Below are positions 25,895 to 41,317 of a DNA stretch of 64,000 bases, one piece after another. Source of the stretch: the human T2T-CHM13v2.0 reference genome, Homo sapiens; the NCBI RefSeq assembly GCF_009914755.1, contig NC_060944.1. One strand, 5' to 3'. The notes under the pieces were generated by a model. That model was not told the origin of the DNA. It searched no databases and saw nothing but the letters and a program-made list of their open reading frames with translations. Numbering within the stretch: the stretch's first letter is position 1; each line of letters starts with the position of its first letter. Both the position numbers and the translations under genes were made by a program.

Positions 25895-26620
25895 CCTTGA
25901 TGAAGCAATAAATATTATTAATGTTATTAACTCTTGACCCTTACATACATTGCGTTTTAGTGTTCCGTTTGGTGAAATGGGAAGTTCCCATAAAGCACAC
26001 CAAAGTGCTATCACATATCAAGGAAAGGGACGTGCAGGGAAAATGAGCCTGTTTTTACCTGGAATGCCATTTTTAACTATAATATATGGTAGGCAAACTA
26101 TGGTTACTCAAACTTGTGTAGTATGAAGGTGTATTTTTGAAAGTGAATGAAAGGAGTTATCACTTTAAGGGGAAAAACAAACAATATTTGCCACCAGTGA
26201 TAAAATTTGGACTTTCAAGTGAACAATAGCATTTTTAAGTTCTATGTGCCACCATGAGCCTGGCAACTTCCCAATACTTAGGATACTTTTCTGCTGAGAT
26301 ATCTGGTAACATTAATGAATGTGAGTTTTTTGTATATTTGAGAATGAATTAGATCAACATTTGGAAAAATGTATGATGCAGTGAACCAGTAGTCCCCAAA
26401 TGATCAATGTGAGATGCCACGCATGGGAAAAGGACCCATTCATAGTGGAAGATAGACCAAATGGATTTTGCTGTCCTAAAGTACAAACGCATTGATATAA
26501 TTTTAGATTTATCACCTAGCAACTAATGTATAACTACTCACCTCTTGTCGAATTTCACCGTGCTATCAAAGGAAAGTACCAACAATGAATCTAAAGAGAC
26601 TTCAAATTCTCCCTCCCAGT
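25895..26620 (+). mobile_element. Charlie1-type hAT transposase relic
   Basis: 'tgatgaagcaataaatattattaat...gatcaacatttggaa...cagtgaaccag...cttgtcgaattt...tatcaaagga' decayed transposase sequence. Confidence 0.7.
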
Positions 26621-27585
26621 GGCATGTCATGGTCACTTTGCAAAGACAGCCCCAGGAGAAATAGAAGGAAGCAGAAGAAAAGGGAGAGTAGAGTACCCTG
26701 AAGACAAACTGACTAGCTCCACCTTTTTACCAAGAGAAGGGCCCTGTGATAATGGGAAGTGTCTGTGAGTGCACTTTTAAATCTTGTACGCTTTTACCTT
26801 ACCTTAGACCCAGTCCTATTCTCACCTATATTAATTTCATTTTTTCCTTTAACTCATCTTTCCTTTACATGTGTTTGAAAAGCAAGCTTTATCTCAGTAA
26901 TGCAAATGAAACACCAAAAATTTCTCTTAAGTGGAACTGAACTCTCAAATCAATGCACATAATTAAGACAAATTTATCTTTCAGTCTATCCATATGACAC
27001 CCAAAATCATTGGCATTCTATCAGCGTTGTGTCCATTGTTTTCCAAGTGTCTTCCTCAGCTTCATTTTAATATCTCATATGTTGTTCAAAAATTAATGAA
27101 AATCTTCAATGCGGAAATTCTTTGAACACTAAGAAATTTTCATTACAGTCTTTGGTGAATGTGTTGATCTTGGAGTAAGATTAAGTGAGAATAACTAGCC
27201 AAACCAGTCACCTCTCCCTGACTATATCCTCTCCCACTGTAATCTATTCTCCACCGCAGCCAGACTTGTCTCTCTGGAAATTTTGTACTGTGATGTTAAT
27301 GCTCTGCTTATAGTTCTCTTCCTTAAACTCATTATTAAGTTCATTTCTAACTCAGGACGCTTGCACATGCTGTTTTCTCTGCCTGGAAAGCTATTCCCAG
27401 AGATCTTTAATGGCTGGTTCCTCTTTATAAATGCTATCTTGACAACCTCCCCATCCCCCTACCCCCAGTCTCAGGAATTACCCCTTTCCAGAATGCAGTA
27501 ACTGTGGCACCAATCAATATATGAAATTATCTTATTTGTGTACTTATTTTCTCTGCCTCTAGCATTAGGTTTCACTCATCACTTA

Positions 27586-28134
27586 TGGAAGACTAATTGC
27601 AAAAATGGCCTTGATTATTCCCCTTCCTGTATCTTTACCCCTTACAACGTGGCTTTGTACCTCATCTTAGAAGAGGTAAAGTCTAGTCCCTCAGCCCTGA
27701 AATCTAGACTGGCTTTTTATTTGCTTTAGCTAATAGAATGCATAAGAACTGATAGTAGGTGACTTCTGAGCATAGGTTCAAGTACTTTCCCCTTCCTCTT
27801 TAGTACTCTAGCTTTACTAGGAGATAAAACTCTGGCTAACCTGAGGACGGAAGACCATAGGAGAGAGTCTAGTTGTCCTAGGAGGGGCCATCCTAGACCC
27901 ATCAACAGCCAACTAACCCCCCAAACAAGCGAGAGGGCCCAGCCAAGATTAGCTCAACTGTGTACCCTATCTGTACCAGAGTGCAGATTGGTGAGTGTGC
28001 CCAGATGAGAACAGCGGGCAACCTAGGTGTCCCATAGGCTGATGAGCAGTAATAGATGCTTATTGTTCTAGATAGTTTTTTGCTATTGTTGATAATTATT
28101 CACAGAATTAATGTGTCAATAGATAACAGATTCA
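27586..28134 (+). mobile_element. MLT1H/G-like MaLR LTR inserted in L2
   Basis: 'tggaagactaattgcaaaaatggcc...tagctaatagaatg...atagataacagattca'; L2 sequence on both sides (27200-27560, 28140-28225). Confidence 0.7.
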
Positions 28135-29154
28135 CCACTCTATCTCAAGAACCTTGAGTAGTGCTTGGCACATAGAAAAATATTTTGATTAAAAAAAAGT
28201 TAGTGGATGTTTGAAAGAATGAAGAACTAAAACGTAACTTCTTTATATACTAGTCCAGTTACATTTTCCCAACGTGTTCTAGAACTAACCTAAACAATAT
28301 TAAGAAGTTTGCTCATGCAGTTAATTCAGTTCTTCTGGGCATCCACACCAATTACTAGAAAAGACAAAAAAATACAACATTAGAATAGATATTGCTACTA
28401 AATAAAAGGTATTCAAATATTTATATCTACTCTCTCTGCAGTCTATAAATACACCCGTCCAGACAAGCTTTATTGGTGTTAGATGAAGTAGACTGCAGCT
28501 CAGAGACAACCGTTGTTTTCTACTTCCCTTTGAGCCACTGCTGGCTCATACAGAATGAAGATTTTCCTGTTTTGTTTCTGCCTAATCATTTATTGTAATG
28601 CCGAAGGGAAGAAAATAAATCTTGGACACTTTGACCAAATCAGTTTAGTTTTTCCATTATCACAGCAAGAGAGGAAAGTACTGGGTTTTCATTTTTAAGG
28701 ATAATCTTTCTTAAAGTGTGTGCAATAACAAGCTAGGTTGAAATGATATTAGAGACATTTGAAATGTTTTTAAAGGGATTCAGGGCTACACTGGTTTCTG
28801 GCTTTAGTCAGAAGTAAGTTTGTTGCCCCCTTTCATTTTCTCTGGACAGTTGCAAAGGAATTAAGTACTCTTATAGATAGATGCCATTGACCAATTCAGA
28901 GAAATGCCTGGCTTGGAACTTTTCCAAATGAAGTTACCATTTAAAGATTCTTCCTTGTATTTGGGGGAAAAAAATGTTAAATGCAATTATTGTTTGTTTT
29001 GAATGTAATTATTGTTTTAATTAATTTCAATTCATAAGGCACTATCAATGTAATTAGAACGTTGGACTTTGAAATTAATTGAATATTTATACAGAAATGA
29101 GTTTTGTGTTTGTGCCAGCAATCTTCACCTACCTATCCATGTGCCAAAAATTGT

Positions 29155-29450
29155 TTTCTTTCCTCTTTCCTCTCTCCCTTCCTCACTCAGTCGTTGGTTT
29201 CCTCCTCCTTTTCTTCCTGCCTGCCTCCTTTTGTGCACTGTCTCCACTCTTCCTTTCCTTCATTCTTTCCTTTCTCTCTGCTTTTTATTTCTTCCTTCCT
29301 TTTCCTCTTTCTATACTCCCTTCCTTTTCTGTCCCCTTCCTTCCTTCTCTCTTGCCTTCTTTCTTTCTTTCTTGTCTCTCCCTCTTCTCATCTTTACTCC
29401 CTCCGTCTCCCCGTCTTGCTCCACCTTCCCCACCTCACCTTCCAGCCTCT
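29155..29450. repeat. CT-rich polypyrimidine low-complexity tract
   Basis: Direct inspection; explains the S/F/L/P-rich ORFs at 29069-29589. Confidence 0.9.
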
Positions 29451-30915
29451 CAGTAGCCACTTGGTGATGGTAGGGAGGATGAAAAGGTATTCCTTGTTTT
29501 ACCACATTTACTCAGATAATTCACAGCATGGGTCCAGCATGTCTAATTTATTCTTTTTTTATGAGCTGAATATAATCTTTGAGAAATAGAAAAATAGATT
29601 GAGTGTGGCCAAGGATCATTCAACTTCTAACATTCTCAAATGTAGACTGAATTATGTCTTCTGTTTGTTAGAATTAAGGAAAAAAATTCATGTTTCGAGT
29701 ACCTTTTCTGTTAATCTACTTTCACATTTTACATATTTAGCAGTTTTAGGCTAATTAACAACAGGGTTGTGTATATGTAATTTTGAAGTTGTAATTCTGA
29801 AACATATTAGGACTTATCTTTGTTAATTATAAAATTTCAGCTGGATGCTAGACACTGTCATTTAATCAATTTGCGATGTATACTTTGTATTGGTATCCAC
29901 TTATATTAAGGCAAGTGTTTTAAGTAAATCGGTATACTAGTTCAATTTGACTTCAGTTTCATCAATTTTATCAGTTGATTGATAATCTGATTTAATCAAT
30001 GTCTTCTTTCTTCTGTATAACTCACCTCAGGATTTAGAACTAGCTTTGTTATTGGAAGTCCAAAATTAATCTACATTTCAATAAGAGAATGAGAAAGAGC
30101 CTGGTTAGGATACTTGTTAAAGTGGGCTTGAAATTAAAATGACTAAACTCAAAGCAATTATAACCTCACTAATAAGGTTTAAAAATCACTGTGAATATTA
30201 ACCCAATGTGGACGTGAATCTTATAAAATATTTACACTTATGCATTACTATGAAGAGTTGATTTTTGATCTGTTGTAAGCTAATTTGATAAATTTTACAA
30301 CCATAGAAATGTTCAAAAACTTAATGGTTTATCATAAGAAAATAAGAAACATTTCTATCCCAAAAAATTAGAAAAATGCCTGGGCATGACAACATTCATA
30401 GTGGTGTTGTTTATAATAGTAGACATTGAAATGAACACGAATGCCCTACAATAAGAGAATGACCAAATAAATTGTAGTAACATGAAATTGATGAAATTAC
30501 ATATAACCAATAAAAATAATGATGACTATGCAGGAACATAGAACATTCCTATAACAAACTGTTGTGTTATTTGTGTTATCATTAAATTTATATGAGGATC
30601 ATAGAACCATAACTATTTATTCAGTATGTACTCACTGAAAATGCATTGCACCCTGTGCTAAAAGCAGCAGACATAAAACTGACAGATAAAACTGAGGGAG
30701 ATATGACCCCTGCCCTCTGCATTTGACAGACCAAGAGGAGCATCCCCAACTTCCCACTTAGGAGCTGTGCATACTTAATCTCTTTCAGTCTGTTTCTTTC
30801 TCCTCTGCAAAATGGGTATGAGATGAGTAACCACCTCTACAGGGCATCTTTGAGTATTTAATTGATATTATGTGTATTTGTTTAATCCATTGCTTGGTGT
30901 GTTAGTTTGCTAGTT

Positions 30916-31743
30916 TGTGTTAGTACTTTGTTAACCTTAACAAACTACTATAAACTGAGTGGCTTACACAACAGGAATTTATTGTCTCATAGTCCTGGTA
31001 GCTAAACATCTTCAGATCCAAGCGCTAGTGGAGTTGGGTACTTCTGAGGGCTGTGAGGGAGAATCTGTTTCACGTACCTCCCGTGGCTCTGGTAATTTGC
31101 TAGCAATCTTTGACGTTTCTTGGCTTGTAGAAGCGTCACCCCAATCTCTCCCTTCATCTTTTTTTCTTTTTTTTATTATTATTAAAGTTTTAGGGTACAT
31201 GTGCACAATGTGCAGGTTAGTTACATATGTATACATGTGCCATGCTGGTGTGCTGCAGCCACTAACTCGTCATTTAGCATTAGGTATATCTCCTAATGTT
31301 ATCCCTCCCCCCTCCCCCCACCCCACAGCAGTCCCCAGAGTGTGATGTTCCCCTTCCTATGTCCATGTGTTCTCATTGTTCAATTCCCACCTATGAGTGA
31401 GAACTTGCGGTGTTTGGTTTTTTGTCCTTGCGATAGTTTACTGAGAATGATGATTTCCAATTTCATCCATGTCCCTACAAAGGACATGAACTCATCAATT
31501 TTTATGGCTGCATAGTATTCCCTTCATCTTCTCATGACATTCTCTCTGTGCACATGTCTGTCTTCAAATTTCCCCTTTTTATAATGACACCTGTCAGATT
31601 GGATTGGGGCCAACTTTAATGACCTCCTTTTAACTATATTACCTCTGTACAGACCCTATGTCCCAAGAAGGTCACATTCTGAGGTACTGAAGGTTAGGAC
31701 CCCAACACAGGAATTTTGGGGAGACACGAATTAATCCATAATA
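30916..31743 (-). mobile_element. MLT1B/C MaLR LTR interrupted by L1PA
   Basis: 'aactgagtggcttacacaacaggaatttattgtctcatagt...gagggctgtgagggagaatctgtt' resumes after the L1 with 'ggtcacattctgaggtactg'. Confidence 0.85.
31161..31520 (-). mobile_element. 5'-truncated young L1PA (L1PA2-4-like) 3' end
   Basis: 'ttttagggtacatgtgcacaatgtgcaggttagttac...gatagtttactgagaatgatgatttccaat...gcatagtattc'; TSD ccttcatctt (31151-31160, 31521-31530). Confidence 0.93.
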
Positions 31744-32689
31744 CTTTGTATGGCATAAGCTTTCAATAAATGTTAGCTACTATTATTACCAATATTGTTA
31801 AGACTAATAGTCATATGACATTATAATGGTGTATGTGGCAAGACCTGACATGCTAACCAAATAAGAAGAAAACAGTTGATTAGTTGGACGATAAGAGTCT
31901 AAGTTATCAAGTGTCTTTTTAAATTTTTCTTTTCTTATCATTTTTATAATGCCCACCCATCCCCCTGGAGTTTGCACTATTTGGAGAGGGGAAAAAATCT
32001 GGACTGTCTCTTAAATATAAGCAACTGCCATTCATCCATAAATACCATTTCACTCACTTCCCACTGACTCCCACTCTCAAATAGAAACATCCATAAAAAA
32101 GTCCAGCTCACTTTTGGAGAATGAAAAAGACCCCCTTTTACTCTATTTTGTATTCTGTCTTGTCTTAATTATCGCATGAAACAGCAGCCTTTTTACCTTC
32201 GTGTTCCTTCCTAGTATTTTATTTCAATATTTATGCTTTTCTTCTCCAGAAAAGAAAGCATTGTTTTCTAATTTCTCTCATCTCTCCTGACTGCTGTGTA
32301 GTGATTATGACATATGGATTACCACCTATAGATTCTTTATAGCAAGAAGGTCCTCGGGCCAAGTGACAAAATCTTTGACTTTATTAGAGTCATTCTTTTC
32401 TCTCGCAGTCTTTTTAAATATTTATTTTCCTTCAGGTACTTTGGCTGTTGGATTTCTTTCTTCCTAGTATGTCACAACCCTTGGCTTAAAAACTCAATGT
32501 TTTATTTTCAAAATAAAAATATATTGAATTGTGCAGTTTTCAGATTAAGGGAAAGAAAGATAAAAGTAAGCATTAACTTGGAGTATTTGAGCCATTTATA
32601 AAAATTTATTTCATGGATTCAGCTAAAATTTAATACATAAGTCCACATGAAGAATTGTGTCTACAAAAAATATTTAAAGAGAAGATGTC

Positions 32690-33184
32690 AGGTCATGTAA
32701 CAGAAAAGTCCAAGATGTATCTCTTCAGGTGAGGCTAGATCCAGCAACTTGAGTCATGCTACAGATGATTTTTCTCCTTATCCCTCTGTTCTTTTTTCAA
32801 ATACTGACTACATCCTCAGACAGAGACCTAGTAGGAAATCTCAGGACATCGCCTCGTAGTTACTAAACAGTAGCTGTAGGTTCAAAGCTCTCATCCTCCT
32901 TCCACACACCCAAGAGAATTAGAATGAGTCACTGATTTGATTCTTCAGAAAAGAGAGGTAGTGTCTCCTTCTTAAATGTTTCCTCACAGGTCATTGGCAT
33001 TGATGCTGCTTGACTTATGCATCCAGCTCTGAAAGGCTATGAACAAAATGACATTAGCATCCCGTGTGAGCCACAGGACTGAGAAAGAAAGGTCCCTTCA
33101 CAAAGAAAATTCAGGGTGCTGTTCTTAGAAGGAAAGGGAATGGGGCATTGCTGCCAAATAGAAAACAACAGATGTCCACCTCCA
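32690..33184 (-). mobile_element. Old MLT1 (K/L-like) LTR
   Basis: 'catgtaacagaaaagtcc...ttcaggtgaggctagatccag...aaattcagggtgctgtt...aacaacagatgtccac'. Confidence 0.55.
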
Positions 33185-33669
33185 GAATATATTTAATAGT
33201 GGAAACAATTATTTTTAATGATCATAGCCTTGTATTTTATAGAAAGGTGCTCTATACCTTGCCCGAGGTGGTCAACAGACAAGTTTGTTTTATATACTTC
33301 TTTAAGTCAAGATTTCAAATGTAGGGTTCTGTACAGTCCATGAGGCAATGACTCCTTCTCCTAGAAAGTGTTCTTTTCATACCTCACTTAAGAGGGTTTC
33401 ACAGAAGGGGCCCTGCGAAGCCAGTTTGTGTTGCTTGATCCCATTACCCTGTTCGTGGGTGATTGAACCAGGGGTAAGCTGCTGACCTAAAGTGAGCCAT
33501 CAGATTCTCCATCCTATGCATTTGGAAATGGTGGTGGGGATGGGAAAAAATAGGAAAAAAAAAAGCTACCTAATAAAGAACTTATCCCATTTATAATAAA
33601 CAGAAGCATACTCCAATAAAAATATAGGCAAGCAAAATAAATGGGAAATTCACAAAACATAAAAAAAGT

Positions 33670-34080
33670 TTGTGTTAGCAAGGTTCGACCAGAAAAAATA
33701 GAAATAGTAAGAGCAACATATTGAGAGATTTACTGCAAGGACTCAGCTTGGGCAACTGTGACGTCCGGCTGGGTAGGCCTAGAATCTGGGGAGCAAGTTT
33801 TCAGGAAGCTGAGACTCTAACACATGGGCTGAGACTCTGTCCTCAGGCAGAATTTCTTTTTCAGGGAGCCTGAGCTCCTTCTCTTGAAATCTTTCATGTG
33901 ATTGGATCAGGCCCAATCAGCTTATCTATGATAATATCTCTTACTTAAAATCAACTGATTATGGACTTTTATCATATCTACAAAGTACCTTCCCAGCAAC
34001 ACTTAGCCAACTATTTGATTGAATAACTAGGAACTGTGGCCTCGCCATGATGTTGATACATCAAATTGTCCATCATGACA
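33670..34080 (-). mobile_element. MLT2 (ERVL) LTR, MLT2D-like
   Basis: 'gagatttactgcaagga...gattggatcaggccc...ttacttaaaatcaactgattatggac...gttgatacatcaaatt'. Confidence 0.75.
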
Positions 34081-34539
34081 TTCAATCACACTAATAATCT
34101 AGGAAGGGAATACTAAAGTCACAAGCATATTACTTTTACCTAATAAATTAAAAATTGTCTTAAAATACTAAGACTTGGTGTTACTATGAAAGAAAAGCAA
34201 AAGATACATCTACTGGAGACCATAAGTTGTAAGCTGTCTTTCTAGCAATGTGGCATAATATCTCAGGGACACCAACATTTTAAAAAGAAATTTAATGTGA
34301 AAGAAAATAGAGCATAAAATAAGTAAATTATTATTTAACCATAAGATGGAATGTCAGATAACTATTAAACATTGAGTTAAAGGACAATATTTCATGGCAT
34401 AAATAAAGTTCTTGATATATTAAAGTAGGTATATTAAAGAGATAGTTGATAAATATCATAGACATTCAGTTTTGTACAGTAATAAAAAGGGTAGAAGTAT
34501 ATAAATCAAACTATAAGAGTAACTCTAGGTAATGGGTAA

Positions 34540-34833
<294 letters not shown>

Positions 34834-36683
34834 AGGTAATGGGTAAATTTTTATTTGTGGCTTTTAGCAATTTCTAATTCTTACAATAAACAAGCTCTTG
34901 TTGTGAAATTAGTTACAGTTGGGGTTTGTTATAATATTGAGGAGTTAAATAATGCCACCATATAGAGAATCTTGAATATAAAGTGCATTTGGAGGTTCAC
35001 ATACATTCGTGTACTTAATCACTGCACCGTTAACTCACTCAACAAATACATTCTAACCTTTTATTCTATGATAGTCACTGTTTTAGGCAATGGAAATAAA
35101 ATAGTGAGCAAAGCAAACTCAGGCCCTTCTGTCATGGAGCTTAGCAGGTAAGAGAGAAAATAAAGAATCAGATAAATACATTTGTAGTTGCATTCTATAA
35201 CAAGCGCACTGAAGGAAAGAGACAGTTTTCTGAATGTACTAGTATTTATATTAAAATTTTAAATTATTATATAATGAAAATATGTAGTGTGTGTTCGTTT
35301 GGTATGCTTGTGCACGTGCGTGCTGTGTGTTGTGTGCTGTCACCAGCATCAACATCTCAAATTAGCACTTGGAGAATGAGATTCCAGGAAAAAATATCCA
35401 GAAATGCCTAAAATTGCTAAAACTCTGCAAAAGAAATATTGAAAAAAAAAATGCACCATTGCATAATGAATCCTGAGTAATTGGCTGAAGCTCTGAATGA
35501 CACACCCACATACATTGACAGTTTTCCACTGGGCTCATATCATTCATCCATTTTCCCTCAGAATCTGAAAGATAAATCTGACAAGCTCTGGATAAACACT
35601 GGCTAAGACTCTATAGTTTCTGGGTATGGAGAGGTGACATGACTTATTCTCTGTTATCATCGGGTCTCCTGTTAGGCAGCTTCAGCAAAGACTCTGGATA
35701 GATCAACATGTCAGGCTGGAGGCTTAGTGATAATTCAGACTGCGGTTGAGTTGAAGCGACTGCTCAGGCAATCAGGAGAATATAGCAATGCATAGTTCCT
35801 TCCAAACTACAAGAAAACTGAGAAGAGAAATAGAATTTTGAACTCTTTGGTATAATGAATAAGATCACAAAACTGGAAACTCGCCTACTAAATTAAGCCA
35901 ATTATTTTGTTCCCCCCTAGATGAGATCAAATAATGGTCCTCATGGAGGTGTCAGAAATAGGATTGCAAAGAAGAGTCCATACACAATCAGGAAAAATAG
36001 ATCTTGTGTTAAGATATCTTGGCATGCATGACTATGGTGATTGCTTCCTCATTTCCTCCAAGATGCATTTTGAGTGAATTATTCCTCCTCATATAGTTGT
36101 AGCACAGGGAGAGATCATATTCTTAGAATGAGAAAGGGACTAGGTTTAGATACCAACTATGACTTTTTGCCAGTGAAGACCCATCTGTCCGCTATTGATT
36201 TAATAACTGAGCAAAGTTTCAGTAACTTGGTGAAATTTTCATTTGCTATCTGCATTAGGTGGAATTCTGAAATGGCCCCCAAATTCTCCTTGGATGTGGA
36301 TGCCTTAGTATCAGACCTTCCTTCTCCTTGAGTGTGAGTGGGCCTGCCCTAAGCAGGTGAGCCCTTTAAAGAGGCTCTAGGGTCAGAGACAGAAGTTAGA
36401 GAGATTTGAGACAGCAGAATATATTCTCCTGCTGGTGCTGAATAAGAGAACTACCATGCTGTGGAGTGAATCATGTGGTAGGGAACATGGAAAACTAAGG
36501 GTCAGCCCTAAAACTGCAATGAATTGAATTCAGCCAACAACCAGTGAGCTTGGAAGAGGGCTCCTGGCCTCAGATGAAATCACAGCCCTGGCTGACACCT
36601 GAATGCAGAACTGTGAGACCCTGCACGAAGAAACCAGCTAAAACATGCCAGAAAACTGCAAGATAATAACTTTGTTTTGTTTC

Positions 36684-38058
<1,375 letters not shown>

Positions 38059-38399
38059 ACTTTGTGTTGCTGAGTTACATTATGAGCTAAGTATGTGAGA
38101 TTGCTTATGCAGAAATAGAAACCTAACAACACTATCTATGCTTCCTTTCTGTTTTTTTAAAATTCAGTTAAATGAATTATTTGTTCCTCCATGGTCAAAA
38201 CTCTAATCATGATGTGTCCAGAGACTGCAGATTTCAGTACAACATAAATGCAAAAATCATCCCCAGTGATCTGTTTTAAAAATTTAACACTAATATTCAC
38301 ACTGAGATAATTTCTTTGGCTTGAATCTCATAAATACAAACTAAAAATATTACAGAAGTTAGCATCTAGAACTTGGTATCTGAGTAACAAATAATATTA

Positions 38400-38625
38400 A
38401 AGATAACTCATGTATTCATTGCTTGTTCTTTGCCATTCATTGTACTTTTTTCTTCACTACATTTTCTCATTTAATCCTCCCCCAAAAACGATAAAGATGG
38501 GGAGATACTGTATAATAATTTATGGGTGAAAAAACTAAAATTTAGATAATAGTTAAGTAACTTGCCAAGGGACACACATGGCTGTAAGTAGTAGAGGCCA
38601 GATCGAAATTCCCCATTCAGCTGCT
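38400..38625 (-). mobile_element. MIR SINE
   Basis: 'ctcatttaatcctc...gttaagtaacttgccaagggacacacatggctgtaagtagtagag'. Confidence 0.7.
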
Positions 38626-38712
38626 GTGCCAGCACTGTATATGAAACGCAGGCTTTGTCTTTTAGCCTCCTGTAACCAACCTTTTACCCTGGAAAGTGAC
38701 TACACTACACTA

Positions 38713-38713
<1 letters not shown>

Positions 38714-38749
<36 letters not shown>
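38714..38749 (+). repeat. Pure poly(A), 36 nt
   Basis: Direct count. Confidence 0.95.
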
Positions 38750-38750
<1 letters not shown>

Positions 38751-40134
38751 AGGGTTTTTTAAAAATATCTATATATTCAGAATATATAAAAATAAATTGT
38801 GAAAATGTAACCATTTATTTTATTTATTCAGAATGGGTATTGAGTCCTATACGTACCAGGAACTGCACACTGTCACAGCAAATGCCTTTTGCCTGACTAA
38901 ACAGATGTTGACAATTCTTCCTTTTTGTTTTTTCCTCCATGCCTTCTTTACTAGGATCTAGATCTCTGGTCTCATGAAATGGTTATGCTTATATTATCAC
39001 TTTGTTACATGTTTACTTAGTTACAATTTTAAAAAAAAAAGAAAACCCCCAGCTGGTCTGGGAATTTGCAACTAGAGAGGTGCCTGATCCTCTCTCTTCT
39101 TAGTCTGCCTGGCCTCCAGCGGTTCCGCTGCTGGGCTCAGACTTATTTTAATTCCCTAGTTTCCTACTGAGTCAGAGTCAGGCGCTATATCACTTTTCAG
39201 CGTCAATAACGCAGGTCTAATTTTCCTAAGTTGATGAGGGTCTGATAGATCTGATGACCTTTTGTTGGAATGTCATTTACAAGTATGATTAAATTATTCT
39301 CCATGGCTGAATTGACACCTACAGCTGATGTATCTTCCTCCAGAGGCAGCAGAAAAATCTGCTTCACCCTCTCATGCGCGGCAGAGATCTTTTGTAGGCA
39401 GATTACAGATTTTCAGCTTTGAGTTTGAAAAGGTGACCCTGGTGATGATGACTTTTTTTTTCAAATGTGTTTTAGCTGATACCATTTCTCTCCAAACCGA
39501 TTAACTATATCTCTATAGCTATACCTAAAAAGGCTATTTATTTAATCTGTTAGGAGAAATAGAAAAAAAAGAAAGGATGCCAGTCAAATTTCTTGAACTA
39601 CATCTTCCTGGGAAGTAAGAAAAGTGACATTTTGGAGCACTGTCTATTTGCTATGTTAAACATTGTATTTTTGTTACTTATTTAATTTTGACAATAACAT
39701 ATGAAGTATAATATTTGCATTAAACTTATATTTTGAGCCTACTGTGTGTCAAACATGGCTCAAATAACTAGAGATACAGTGAATTCTGCCCTCATCGAGC
39801 TTAACTGCATATGAGGAAACTGAGGCAAAGGAAGATTAAGTAGGCTCCCTGCGTGCACAGCTCGTGCCTAGAATATGGTATGTGTTCAATAAGTGTTGAA
39901 TGTATAAAACGGAATCAAGGATGACCCAGGTCTGCCTGCCTCTACAACCCAAGCTTTGTTCTCTAGCATATAAGAAAAAGAGATGAGCATAAGAAATTCA
40001 TAAAGTAAAAATATTCCATGGGAAAGATGAGGCTTCAGAGTTTGCTGTGAGCTGCTAGTCTTGACCTCTGACTGCACCTCTTGTGTTACTTTGCCGCCAT
40101 GCACAGAGCTAAGCTTACTGCTACATGTGTTGTC

Positions 40135-40340
40135 AATAGATGGTGGCTCATAGGCCAAATTCAGCCCACTGCCTGTTTTTGTAAATAAAGTTTCATTGGA
40201 ACATAGCTAAGCTCATTTGTTTACCTATTGTCTACAGCTGCTTTTGTGCTATTTTGAGTCATTGTGACAGAGACTGTATGATCTATGAAGCCTAATGTAT
40301 TTACTATCTGGTCCTTTACAGAAATGTTTGCAGACTTCTG
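40135..40340 (+). mobile_element. MER58A hAT-Charlie MITE
   Basis: 'ggccaaattcagcccactgcctgtttttgtaaataaagtttcattggaac...atttactatctggtcctttacagaaatgtttgc'. Confidence 0.88.
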
Positions 40341-40638
40341 TAGGAACTTGTCAAAATAATCCTAACAATCCTAAAAGACAGATACTATTACTATCCCTGT
40401 TTTATGAATGTGAGAAGTCATACAGTTAGTAGATAATTGTGTCAGTATTGGAGACCATAAACAAATATAAAGTGTTTTTAATGAATTATTACACCACCTC
40501 CTCCACACAGATGCCTTCTGGGAGATGAGAGTGAGCGTGTCTAAAATGGTCGTGGATTGGAGAGGATGTGTCTTAGCTACTGGGGCTTCCAGAGTTTTGA
40601 GCACTGACAACTTCTCTCTCTCAGCTCTAATCCCTCAG

Positions 40639-41201
40639 TGTATAGCCTGTGGGTTGGCTCAGGTTCTTGACTTCACCAGCGAAAGAATTTGAGAGTGAGT
40701 CCAAAGTAAAGGTAAGCAAGAGACTTGATTGCACAGCAAAAGTGCACTCTGCCAGCTGATCAGAGCAGGCCGCTCAAAAGTGAAACAGCACCGACTGACA
40801 CTGGGGAAGCCACCTTATGGGAGTCTGACTGACATGGTTATTCATAAAAGGGTGATGCTGCTAAGCATGTTCTGGGCTGTCTCCTGGTGGCACATGCGCT
40901 GTGGTTGAGCATGCTGGTACATATGTCACATGTCTCATTAGCATCATAAATCCCCACCCAGATGTGGGTTCTTCACTATTATAATGAGCACAGGTCAGCC
41001 CAAGGACACTAATCATGGGTTTCTGCACTTGCATGAATTTGAGGATTTTCCCTTCTGCTCTTCTTCCTCCTTTCTGGAGGATGTTCTAATCACGAGCTCA
41101 GGATACGGCTCCTGTCCTGTTGGGTGGCTTGTTCTCTCCATCCATTTAGCAAGTCTGTTCACCTTTAAGGGAGGCTACGACCACACCCCCTAACCCACCT
41201 C
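40639..41201 (-). mobile_element. ERV1-class LTR (subfamily uncertain)
   Basis: 'aggttcttgacttcacc...aaagaatttgagagtgagtcc...tctcattagcat...ctattataatgagca' motifs typical of antisense ERV1 LTRs. Confidence 0.65.
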
Positions 41202-41301
41202 CGGTGTAGCTGTGAAGCCCTGTGCTGAGACTTACGAACTTCCTTCAACTCCATTTTTATGGTGGTGATCATGGCATCTCATGCTACATATTCCCTTCCA
41301 A

Positions 41302-41317
41302 ATGATGACGTCATCAT
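41302..41317. promoter_or_regulatory. Perfect 16-bp palindrome containing full CRE (ATGATGACGTCATCAT)
   Basis: Sequence read directly; TGACGTCA is the canonical CREB/ATF site; function untested. Confidence 0.5.

Noticed and set aside
29069-29589. 125-161 aa ORFs in all three + frames
   Set aside because: The CT-rich low-complexity tract lacks stop codons.
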